This document shows positions 40,373 through 48,536 of a stretch of DNA of 64,000 nt, in pieces. The DNA is from Deltaproteobacteria bacterium. GTDB taxonomy: Bacteria > UBA10199 > JACPAL01 > GCA-016699445. Position 1 is the first letter of the stretch, and the number at the start of each line of letters is the position of its first letter. The notes beneath the pieces were generated by a model. It had not been told where the DNA came from. It did no database searches and worked only from the letters and a program-made list of their open reading frames with translations. The position numbers and the translations under genes were made by a program. Location of the stretch: NCBI GenBank assembly GCA_016699445.1, contig CP064976.1, forward strand, positions 1,618,952 through 1,682,951. The letters are read 5' to 3'.

Positions 40373-41647
40373 TCAACGGTTAGAATCTATTTGGAGTGCC
40401 TGAAAGGCTTGTTTCACTTGGTTGATATCGGGATAGCGCCCTGACGGAGTTTCTGAGAGATCTGTCGTGAGACATCTCGGGAGAAACGGTTTTAATTTTT
40501 CGGGAATATTGGAGAATTTTCGGTCCTGTGGATTTCTAAGAAAAAGATCCATGTGTTTTTGCAGCTGGGAGCCTGTGGCTTGATCAAATCCTCGAAAATA
40601 AAGTTTCTCAAACAGTGTGACACCTAAGCTGTAAACATCCCCTTGGGGAGACCAAAGAAATTTTTTGTTTTTAAATTCAGGATTTCCTGAATTAATGATT
40701 TCACACTCTGCTTCCGGAGGGATATAGCCGATGGTTCCGATACGATGGTGTTGGGGTTCTTGAATCTGAAGATCACGTTCATAGACGGAAAGAGCAAAGT
40801 CACAGAGTTTGAAATTTTGGTTTGGAAAGATGAGAATATTTCCGGGCTTGATGTCTCGTAATATTAGGTGGGTGCGCGGGCTTAGTTCTCCTTCGTGGGC
40901 GGCGGCGTAGAGAGAAAGAATGGATCCTAAAGTGGCCCAATCTTCACTTTCTGTTCCCATCATAAATTTATCAAAACTTTGAAGGGCGCTCTCCATACAA
41001 ATATCAAATAAAAATGTATCGTTTGCGGAACTTTCTGTGCATCCTCCAAAATCAAGAGCTTTCACCACATGTGGACTTTCTGTCCCTAACGTCATCGCTA
41101 GTTCCATCCAAAAGCCATAGGCTGGAATCACCTTGAGGTTGAGATCAGATCTTTTGAAACGTTTAATGGCTATTTCCCGATCAGAGTTTTCCCAAAGAGA
41201 GACTTCCGAAGAGCTATGAGGCCCTTCATGAATTGTTTTTGTTTTTGAAAAATCCTTCTTAATAAAAGGAGAATCCTGGGTCCCTTCTAAAATAGCCTTA
41301 AGACGTGATAGTACTTCATCAGAATTTTCTCCTATCAAGCCACAATGTTTGAAGGCAGCTCGGTTTCCTCTTAAGACAGCTTCAGGAGATACGTTATCAT
41401 CCGGAGTGAATTGATGGGCACGATTTAAGACTTTCAATCTGTGTTGAAGATCTTTTAAAAACTGAGCTCCTTGTTCACACGAAGCATCCAGATATTGAGC
41501 TGTAGAGACTGCTTGCTGGTAATAAGTATTGAGCAAACCATCATAATCAATGGCGCCAATATTTCGAGGCGCAGGGGAAGAATCCGTCATCCACGGAAAT
41601 TGTTTTTGGAGGGCGACAAATTGTTGAGTTAGGACCGAAGTATCCAT
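40373..41647 (-). CDS. Atypical eukaryotic-like Ser/Thr kinase-like protein with a ~140-aa N-terminal extra domain
   Basis: The motifs REIAIKRF (VAIK-like), LILRDIKPGNIL (catalytic loop), KLCDFALS (DFA in place of DFG), GTIGYIPPE and DVYSLGVTLFE are present. Confidence 0.65.
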   Translation of the reverse strand: MDTSVLTQQFVALQKQFPWMTDSSPAPRNIGAIDYDGLLNTYYQQAVSTAQYLDASCEQGAQFLKDLQHRLKVLNRAHQFTPDDNVSPEAVLRGNRAAFKHCGLIGENSDEVLSRLKAILEGTQDSPFIKKDFSKTKTIHEGPHSSSEVSLWENSDREIAIKRFKRSDLNLKVIPAYGFWMELAMTLGTESPHVVKALDFGGCTESSANDTFLFDICMESALQSFDKFMMGTESEDWATLGSILSLYAAAHEGELSPRTHLILRDIKPGNILIFPNQNFKLCDFALSVYERDLQIQEPQHHRIGTIGYIPPEAECEIINSGNPEFKNKKFLWSPQGDVYSLGVTLFEKLYFRGFDQATGSQLQKHMDLFLRNPQDRKFSNIPEKLKPFLPRCLTTDLSETPSGRYPDINQVKQAFQALQIDSNR

Positions 41648-41686
41648 TCATGAAATTCGTCGAAGCTTTAAAAGAAAAGTTTCGAA

Positions 41687-42262
41687 TTATTGACGGCAAA
41701 GAATAAAATATTGTCCGATCGATTTTCCTTTTTTGGTCGCTTCGCCAATAAAGACGTTTTTGGACACACGTCGCAGGTAGTCCTTCATATACCCATAAAC
41801 CAACTTTGTGAGTCCGGTTTCGTTGGATTTAATTTCCGGCCAGCCAGCGACATTTTCTTTGGGAAGTCGGGTGTAGTCCACCATGATTTCCCCTGGGCGA
41901 TCAGTAGCCTCATCAATCACAAAACATCCAGGACCTGTGATTTTTTGGAATGTCTGAAAATTATACCCCCACACTTTAGATCCATCCCCCGATCCAGAAA
42001 GAGCCATTCTTTTTTGAAAAGTTGAAAAAAGAGGAAGTGAATTTTTCCCGTAAAAAATGACTTCCTGCAAAGGTTTAGCATCGGAGGGCATCAAGTCTGA
42101 AAATTTCAAATCAGGAGTCGCGATTTGAAAAAGACAAGATTGAAACTTCCCTCCGACACTATTGATTTCCTTTAATCGATCTTCGTGACTCAACCCATCC
42201 AAAAAAGCCCCAATACTTTTTTGTGATTTCCCTGCCTTAATCATCTCAAGAAGCGACGACAT
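41687..42262 (-). CDS. Hypothetical protein, 191 aa
   Basis: An ORF with no recognised motif. Confidence 0.4.
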   Translation of the reverse strand: MSSLLEMIKAGKSQKSIGAFLDGLSHEDRLKEINSVGGKFQSCLFQIATPDLKFSDLMPSDAKPLQEVIFYGKNSLPLFSTFQKRMALSGSGDGSKVWGYNFQTFQKITGPGCFVIDEATDRPGEIMVDYTRLPKENVAGWPEIKSNETGLTKLVYGYMKDYLRRVSKNVFIGEATKKGKSIGQYFILCRQ

Positions 42263-42307
42263 AGTACCCCCTTTATGTTGTCTGTTTTGTGAGAGTGGAG
42301 TGTGGAG

Positions 42308-43732
42308 TTATTTTTTCATCGACTCAATTAAAATCTTTGCCACTTCAGGTCGGGAAAATTCCACAGGAGGCAATGTACCTTGAGTTAAGAGCTCGCGGAC
42401 CTTGGTGCCTGAAAGTGTGACGCGGTCTTCTGCAGCGTGAGGACAGGTTTTGTTAGAAGCCATGCCTTCGCATTTTTTGCAGAAGAAAGTGTGGTCAAAG
42501 AAAAGAGGTGTGATGCCGATTTCTTCCGGTGTGAATTCATTAAAAATGAAGTGAGCATCGAAAGTGCCATAGTAATTACCCACACCGGCATGATCACGAC
42601 CAACGATAAAATGTGTGCAGCCATAATTTTTGCGGATCAAGGCATGGAAGATCGCTTCACGAGGTCCAGCATAGCGCATGGACGCAGGATTGACCGCCAA
42701 AACTGTACGATCCATAGGGTAATAATCTTTAAGCAAAACTTCATAACATTTCATACGCACGTCTGCAGGAATATCATCACCTTTGGTATCTCCCACGAGC
42801 GGGTGGATCAAAAGACCATCACAGATTTCCAAAGCGACTTTGGTCAAATATTCATGAGCACGGTGGATTGGATTGCGCGTTTGAAAAGCGACAATACGCT
42901 TCCATTTTTTTTCTACAAAAAGAGCACGCAGAGCTGAGGGATCTAATCTTTGAGGAAGAAAATCAGAATAGCTCACACGATTGAGAACTTCGACTTTTCC
43001 ACCCAAGTAGACGTCGCCTTGTTTTTTGACGACGGCCACGCCGGGATGAGCCTCTTCAGTGGTTTTGTAAACTTTTTGGCATTCGAGCTCTTTTTGAGCC
43101 AAATATTTTTCTTCCAAAAGAAGAACAGCCAATTCTTTGCCGGTTTCGTCTGTGAGTAAAATGGGTTTCCCAATGGCAAATTTTTCAGCCTCTTCTTTGC
43201 TCACAGCCAGAGTAATGGGAATCGTCCAAGGAGCCCCGTTGGCTAAGTGCATATTATTAACAACACCCAAATAATCTTTTTCCCCCATAAATCCTTCAAG
43301 AGGTGAGAGGGCGCCGCAAGCGATCATATCCAGATCACTTTTTTCACGAGAACCGAGAACGATCTTCGGAAGACTGGCTGCTTGTGAAAGCCATTGAGAA
43401 CGTTTTTGGGAATCAACCACGCGGTTGATCAGAGTGCCACCATGAGCTTCGATAGGCGCTCCACCCGCAATCGCTGGCACGATGGATAATTCATCGCCTG
43501 CTTTGACGGGTGTGGCTTCGCCATTGAGGAAACGGATATCTTCGTTGTTCACATAAAAATTAATGAAGCGGCGTAATCCACCTTTTTCATCATAGAGACG
43601 CTCTTTGATGCCGGGGTATTGTTTCTCTAAATCCGCCAAGAGGTCTTTGACGCTCGCGCCAGCAGCGGAGACTTCGCCTAAGTTGGCGGTGATTTTTTGT
43701 AGGGGTGTGGGGATGCGGACTTTGATCGACAT
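42308..43732 (-). CDS. sat: Sulfate adenylyltransferase (ATP sulfurylase) with an in-frame N-terminal MoaD/ThiS-like ubiquitin-fold sulfur-carrier domain ending in Gly-Gly
   Basis: Residues 1-91 (MSIKVRIP...KAGDELSIVPAIAGG) resemble MoaD, including a C-terminal ..GG. They are followed directly by the canonical Sat N-terminus APIEAHGGTLINRV, then QTRNPIHRAHE and GRDHAG, for 474 aa in total. Confidence 0.85.
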   Translation of the reverse strand: MSIKVRIPTPLQKITANLGEVSAAGASVKDLLADLEKQYPGIKERLYDEKGGLRRFINFYVNNEDIRFLNGEATPVKAGDELSIVPAIAGGAPIEAHGGTLINRVVDSQKRSQWLSQAASLPKIVLGSREKSDLDMIACGALSPLEGFMGEKDYLGVVNNMHLANGAPWTIPITLAVSKEEAEKFAIGKPILLTDETGKELAVLLLEEKYLAQKELECQKVYKTTEEAHPGVAVVKKQGDVYLGGKVEVLNRVSYSDFLPQRLDPSALRALFVEKKWKRIVAFQTRNPIHRAHEYLTKVALEICDGLLIHPLVGDTKGDDIPADVRMKCYEVLLKDYYPMDRTVLAVNPASMRYAGPREAIFHALIRKNYGCTHFIVGRDHAGVGNYYGTFDAHFIFNEFTPEEIGITPLFFDHTFFCKKCEGMASNKTCPHAAEDRVTLSGTKVRELLTQGTLPPVEFSRPEVAKILIESMKK

Positions 43733-43742
43733 ATATTTCTCC

Positions 43743-44204
43743 TTAAATTATTTTTTTTTGGTTGTAACCTTTCAGGGATTCGTCCCAGAAAAATTCGTTA
43801 ATTTCTTTTAACTCTCTGTTGTAAATCGATACCACTAAATACGAAATGCCGGGATAGCTGGGCTCTCCCCACGGAGCGGCGACTAGGCGATCTTCTTCTG
43901 AAAAATAAGCGTCGTGCTCGCAATGTGAATGGTAAATACATTTCACTTCTTGTCTGTTTTTTTCAGCTTCATCAAAAATACGCTGCTGTTCTTTTGGATC
44001 AATCAAGTAGGCAGTTTTAGCAGTGCGTGGGTATTGATCCGGATATTTTTCATGCATGTCGTTATAAATATTTTTGATCGGAATAAATTCCGCCACAGAC
44101 TCTTGACCTTTGTCTCCAATTAACAATCCACAGGATTCGTCAGGCCAATGTTTTTTGGCGTAAGCGACAATCGTCTCAATTGTTTTATCGCAAATAATCG
44201 TCAT
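43743..44204 (-). CDS. JAMM/MPN+ metalloprotease (Mec+/CysO-hydrolase-like)
   Basis: The JAMM motif HSHCEHDAYFSEED (H-x-H-x7-S-x2-D) and the upstream conserved Glu (ESCG) are present in a 153-aa protein. Confidence 0.8.
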   Translation of the reverse strand: MTIICDKTIETIVAYAKKHWPDESCGLLIGDKGQESVAEFIPIKNIYNDMHEKYPDQYPRTAKTAYLIDPKEQQRIFDEAEKNRQEVKCIYHSHCEHDAYFSEEDRLVAAPWGEPSYPGISYLVVSIYNRELKEINEFFWDESLKGYNQKKII

Positions 44205-45103
44205 ACTTCAAAATACCTCTCTCCATGATCACAAAAAATGGTGACGATGGTGCCTTCCTGAATTTTTTCAGCCACGCGTAGCGCCGCGGCCATATTGCCT
44301 CCTGAAGAATGACCCACAATCAAGCCTTCTTCATGAGCGAGGCGTTCTGACATATCGTAAGCAGGCTCGGTTTCCATCGAAATCTTTTGATCTAACTCAT
44401 TTTCTTTATAAATCCCAGGCACGATCGATGACGCCATATGCTTCATACCTTCAAGCCCATGCATGGCATTGTCGGGCTCCACAGCAATGACTTGAATGTT
44501 TTTGTTATAATCTTTTAACCGTCGACCCGTTCCCATCACCGTGCCACCTGTACCAATACCTGCTATGAAGTGGGTGACTTGATGATCTGTTTGTTCCCAA
44601 ATTTCAACGCCTGTACTGTCATAATGAGCGCGTGGGTTGAATTCGTTGTTATATTGATCCGGCATAAAATAACGATCGGGATTTTCTTTTAGAAGTTTTC
44701 GTGCGAGCAAAATCGCTCCATCAGAACCTTCCATCGGCGAGGAATAAATAATATTCGATCCAAAAGTTGTCACAATAAGCTTGCGCTGAGGACTGACGTT
44801 TTCGGGCATGACGAGATCGATCTTGATCCCCATGGCCGCTCCGATCATCGCGTAGGCCACACCCGTATTCCCAGAAGTGGAATCCAACACCGTCTTCTCT
44901 TTTGTCAATTTTCCTGATTTCAAACCTTCTTGAATCATGCGTAAAGCCGGACGATCTTTGATTGAACCACCGGGATTAAAATACTCAAGCTTGGCATAGA
45001 TCTTCACTTTGCCCGATTGGATTTGAGGCAATTCTTTCCCAACCTCGCGAATGCGTACGAGTGGAGTGTTTCCAATTTTTTCTAGAATGGAATGGATCAG
45101 CAT
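44201..45103 (-). CDS. cysM: CysM-type cysteine synthase B / O-phosphoserine sulfhydrylase-like PLP enzyme
   Basis: The motifs GNTPLVRI, NPGGSIKDRPA (PLP Lys), TSGNTGVAYA and GIGTGGT are present in a 300-aa protein. The gene overlaps the JAMM gene by 4 bp. Confidence 0.8.
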   Translation of the reverse strand: MLIHSILEKIGNTPLVRIREVGKELPQIQSGKVKIYAKLEYFNPGGSIKDRPALRMIQEGLKSGKLTKEKTVLDSTSGNTGVAYAMIGAAMGIKIDLVMPENVSPQRKLIVTTFGSNIIYSSPMEGSDGAILLARKLLKENPDRYFMPDQYNNEFNPRAHYDSTGVEIWEQTDHQVTHFIAGIGTGGTVMGTGRRLKDYNKNIQVIAVEPDNAMHGLEGMKHMASSIVPGIYKENELDQKISMETEPAYDMSERLAHEEGLIVGHSSGGNMAAALRVAEKIQEGTIVTIFCDHGERYFEV

Positions 45104-45122
45104 AACATCACGTGAGAGAAGA

Positions 45123-45458
45123 TTAAGACTCCATCACACTAATCTCAATGGGCTCGACCTTCACACCACGTTTGCGAAAATAGGCAAAAGCTTTGTCGAG
45201 AACACTGACGGGCGCTTCGAGCTCAAGTGCGATCAGCCCGAGATTGTCACTGACAGAAGCTGAGCGAATGTTGAAACGCACTTTATAGAGATCATACATA
45301 TCGCAGATAATAGCTTCTTTGGTTTGGCGTTCTGGAAAGGTCACATAGACTTTGCGGCGGACCACAGGGTCTTTGTTTGTACTTGTTGTTTTTTTTGAAG
45401 CCATAATGTCTCCAGTTTGATGGTTCGACAAGCTCACCATGTCCTTGATGAGTGACAC
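45123..45458 (-). CDS. Small protein resembling a NIL domain (MetN C-terminal-like ferredoxin-fold sulfur-amino-acid-associated domain)
   Basis: The pattern ..EAIICDMYDLYKVRFNIRSASVSDNLGLIALELEAPVSVLDKAFAYFRKRGVKVEPIE resembles the NIL domain. The true start may be the internal MASKK at 45404. Confidence 0.35.
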   Translation of the reverse strand: MSLIKDMVSLSNHQTGDIMASKKTTSTNKDPVVRRKVYVTFPERQTKEAIICDMYDLYKVRFNIRSASVSDNLGLIALELEAPVSVLDKAFAYFRKRGVKVEPIEISVMES

Positions 45459-45490
45459 CCTGAGGCTGTCGAAGGGTTTAGTTTACTTTT

Positions 45491-46717
45491 TCAATGCAGC
45501 ATCCACCTCATCAATTCGGGGTTGATGATCGTTGGTTTGCCGACATGTCCTGTCATGGCTTCCTGGGTTTTGAGGCCATTGCCAGTGATACAGATGACGA
45601 CCGATTCATCTTTTTTAATTTTACCCAGCTTGATTAATTTCTTAGCCACACCCGTGGTGACGCCACCAGCTGTCTCAGTAAAGATACCTTCGGTTTCACC
45701 CAAAAGTTTAATCGCTTCGACAATTTCTTCATCGGACACATCTTCACTCCAGCCCCCTGTTTCTTTCATCGACTGCATGGCGTAAAAACCATCGGCTGGA
45801 TTTCCAATCGCTAGCGACTTGGCGATGGTGTTGGGTTTGACCGGTTTGAAAAGTTCCCAATCATTTTTTAAGGCTGTTGCAATGGGCGAACATCCCGTGG
45901 CTTGAGCCCCGTGGACTTTGCATTTTGGGTCGGTATTGTCAGTAAGGAGGCCGATCTTATGAAACTCCTTCATCGCTTTATGGACTTTGGTTAAAAGAGA
46001 TCCACTGGCCATCGGCACGACGACGTGATTAGGCACTTTCCATCCCAACTGCTCCATCATTTCATAAGCCAATGTTTTGGATCCTTCAGCGTAGTAAGGG
46101 CGGATGTTGATATTGACGAAAGCCCATTTATACTTGGCTCCGATTTCACTGCAGAGACGATTGACTTCATCGTAGGTGCCGCGAATGCCAATCACGTTAG
46201 CCCCATAGACAAGGGTGCCCAAGACTTTACCTGCTTCCAAATCATAAGGAATAAAGACGTAACATTCGAGTCCCGCTGAGGCAGCATTGGCCGCGACAGA
46301 GTTGGCGAGATTTCCCGTCGACGCGCACGAGACGGTTTTAAAACCAAACTCTTTGGCTTTTGAAAGTGCGACAGAAACCACACGATCTTTAAATGAAAGA
46401 GTGGGGTAGCAAACAGCATCGTTTTTAACCCAAACTTCTTTGACGCCTAAAGCTTTCGCCAAATTTTTAGCAGGAACCAATGGTGTGTATCCTGCGAGAA
46501 CTCCCACGGTAGGATCTTTTTCGATAGGAAGAAGCTCTCGGTAACGCCACATGGTTTGAGGACGCTTTTCAATTTTTTCTCGTGTGAGAGATTTGGCAAT
46601 CTGGTCGTAATTGTAATCCACTTCCAGAGGACCAAAACAAAATTCACAGACATGAGTGGGTGCGATCGGAAAATGATGACCACACTCGCGACACTTAAGA
46701 CCTTTTATGTATGACAT
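45491..46717 (-). CDS. Threonine-synthase-family PLP enzyme with an N-terminal Cys4 zinc ribbon
   Basis: The ribbon is KCRECGHH..CEFCFG. The ThrC PLP-lysine motif TLSFKDRVVS and Gly-rich loops are present. The ORF track extends to 46774 and overlaps the upstream gene. Confidence 0.8.
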   Translation of the reverse strand: MSYIKGLKCRECGHHFPIAPTHVCEFCFGPLEVDYNYDQIAKSLTREKIEKRPQTMWRYRELLPIEKDPTVGVLAGYTPLVPAKNLAKALGVKEVWVKNDAVCYPTLSFKDRVVSVALSKAKEFGFKTVSCASTGNLANSVAANAASAGLECYVFIPYDLEAGKVLGTLVYGANVIGIRGTYDEVNRLCSEIGAKYKWAFVNINIRPYYAEGSKTLAYEMMEQLGWKVPNHVVVPMASGSLLTKVHKAMKEFHKIGLLTDNTDPKCKVHGAQATGCSPIATALKNDWELFKPVKPNTIAKSLAIGNPADGFYAMQSMKETGGWSEDVSDEEIVEAIKLLGETEGIFTETAGGVTTGVAKKLIKLGKIKKDESVVICITGNGLKTQEAMTGHVGKPTIINPELMRWMLH

Positions 46718-46727
46718 ATATTTGCTC

Positions 46728-47527
46728 CTAATGAATAAATTTCTTCTGCAAACTAAAATATCTTTCTCCGCCATCGGGAAAGACAGTGACGACAGTTTTA
46801 TTTTTATCTATTTGCTGAGCGATCTGACGACTCGCCACAAAAGCGGCTCCGCACGAGATGCCCACCAGCAAACCTTCTTTTTGAGCGACTTCACGAGCGC
46901 CTAAAAAAGCTTCTTCATCGGTGATCGTGATGATCTCATCCACCAAAGAACGATCCAAGATCGTGGGAACAAATCCCGGGCCGATTCCTTGAATCTTATG
47001 ATGCCCCACTTTCCCTTGGCTGAGAGTCGGTGACGCAGCGGGTTCTACCGCAATGATTTTGGTTCCGTTCTTCTTTAAAATTTGAGCCGCTCCCATCAGC
47101 GTCCCGCTCGTTCCGATACCGGCGACGAAAAAATCGATCGGTTTCCCGAGATCCTTTTGAATCTCCTGAATTGTCTGATGATGCGCTTTGGGCGTTTCTT
47201 CATTTTCAAACTGATCAAAAAAATACGCGTCTGTTTTTTGGCATAATTCTTTGGCCCGATCGAGAGCGCCTTTATCCCAATATAAGCCAATCCAATCCCC
47301 GAATTTCCCGTCGTCGCGGCCACAATAGTGCCGCGAGCCGCGAGCCGCGAGCTCTTCTCCGCTTTCTCTAGAAGGTGTATGACAACTCGATCTTTAACCG
47401 AACCACCTGGATTATACTTCTCCAGCTTGGCATACACGGACGCACACCCCTCTGGCAGGCTTTTACTCAGCCTTAAAAGGGGGGTATTTCCAATGGCTTC
47501 AAGCAACGATTCCATAATAAGATCCAC
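46728..47527 (-). pseudogene. O-acetylserine sulfhydrylase (CysK/MccA-like) pseudogene with an internal ~115-bp out-of-frame deletion
   Basis: The N-terminal 110 aa (..NPGGSVKDR..TTGNSGIGLAYIG) and the C-terminal ~200 aa (DKGALDRAKEL..FVAGIGTSGTL..GIGPGF..) are CysK-like but lie in different frames. About 39 aa of the conserved core (..YKL.LTMPE..ERR.LL.A.GA.LVLT..) is absent between them. A (ccgcgag)x3 heptamer tandem sits at 47331-47351. Confidence 0.7.
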
Positions 47528-47531
47528 AAAT

Positions 47532-47700
47532 AAAAAAACCTCTTCCAGATAAGAAGAGGTGTGATTGAAGGTCTCTTCTCATCTGTCCCCATCTGCATTT
47601 AACTGCAGGGTTGGAGTTAGCACCATTTCTCCTTTTTTTTAGGAGACGGTTGCTGTGACGTCTTAGGGCCTTTCCCTCGGTCACTCTTGATAAGGTGCCG
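47532..47700 (-). ncRNA. SAM-I (S-box) riboswitch with an intrinsic terminator expression platform
   Basis: The minus-strand RNA reads CACCUUAUCAAGAGUGACCGAGGGAAAGGCCCUAAGACGUCACAGCAACC..GGAGAAAUGGUGCUAACUCCAACCCUGCAGUUAAAUGCAGAUGGGGACAGAUGAGAAGAG. This matches the S-box core (UUAUCAAGAG.G..GAGGGA..GGCCC.A.GA..GCAACC, AUGGUGCUAA.UCC..CUGCAG, GAUGAGAG). A CCUCUUC/GAAGAGG hairpin plus U7 follows at 47532-47559, immediately upstream of the cysK-like start. Confidence 0.8.
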
Positions 47701-47701
47701 C

Positions 47702-47731
47702 AAAGTAGGGGAAATGGGAGGTTGTTGTCAA
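47702..47731 (-). promoter_or_regulatory. Putative sigma70-type promoter of the riboswitch-led operon
   Basis: A minus-strand TTGACA (47726-47731) is separated by an 18-nt spacer from TACTTT (47702-47707). This places the TSS at the riboswitch P1 helix. Confidence 0.4.
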
Positions 47732-47793
47732 TACGAATGGCAAAGAATAAGTGTTTTCTTGATCTATACTACTTAGTCGTATAGCATTACCTG

Positions 47794-48144
47794 ATGAGAA
47801 GATTGTTTGTTGAAGCTGAGGGGTTTCGTAAGAGAATAGATCAATTAAAACAACCTCTACTGTTACGTTTAATTCAGAATGAAATTTTAAAAGATCCTCA
47901 TCGAGGGACTGTGATTCCTGGTTTGGGAGGGTTAAGAAAAATAAGAATTGGAGATGTAGAAAAAGGAAAAGGTAAACGGGGTGGATATAGAGTTGTTTAG
48001 CTAGATTTGATGAAGAAAGAAAAAACATATCTGATTTGGATTTATTCTAAGAACGAATCTGAGGATATGACCCCAGACGAAAAGAAAACCATTCGCCATT
48101 TGGTGGATGTATTAAAGAAGGAGAATCAATCGTATGAAAACTAA
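47794..48144 (+). pseudogene. HigB/RelE-family toxin interrupted by an in-frame TAG at 47998-48000
   Basis: The sequence ..ILKDPHRGTVIPGLGGLRKIRIGDVEKGKGKRGGYRVV* resembles this family. The downstream in-frame continuation LDLMKKEKTYLIWIYSKNE..LVDVLKKENQSYEN is the expected C-terminal half of the same family. Confidence 0.55.
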
Positions 48145-48463
48145 AATGGGCCAAGCCTTAATTGAAGGGTTAAATGATATTGTTGAATATGAAAAAGGGA
48201 AAAAGAAGTTGAGATCTTCTTTTATGGATATTCCACCACCAGCGCCTGTGTGGAGTCAGAAGAAAATATCTAAATTGCGTAAGGAGGTTTTTAAAGTGAG
48301 TCAGACCGTTTTTGCTGCGATGTTGAGTGTGAAGCCTGCAACAATTCGTGCCTGGGAGCAGGGACTGAAATCTCCTTCTGGAGCTGCAAACCGTTTGATT
48401 CAAATTATTTCTATTTCTCCCGATATTTTTAAAAAATTAGCTCTCATCTCCATCAGAGGTTGA
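48134..48463 (+). CDS. HTH (XRE-family) antitoxin, HigA-like
   Basis: The HTH segment is SQTVFAAMLSVKPATIRAWEQG. The gene overlaps the 3' end of the toxin remnant. Confidence 0.55.
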   Translation: MKTKMGQALIEGLNDIVEYEKGKKKLRSSFMDIPPPAPVWSQKKISKLRKEVFKVSQTVFAAMLSVKPATIRAWEQGLKSPSGAANRLIQIISISPDIFKKLALISIRG

Positions 48464-48536
48464 GCTGCTTTTTGCTTACACAAGGTATCTATTAAAGATA
48501 GTCAGTCTTTCCAGAATTCGATAAAGTCTTTCATTC

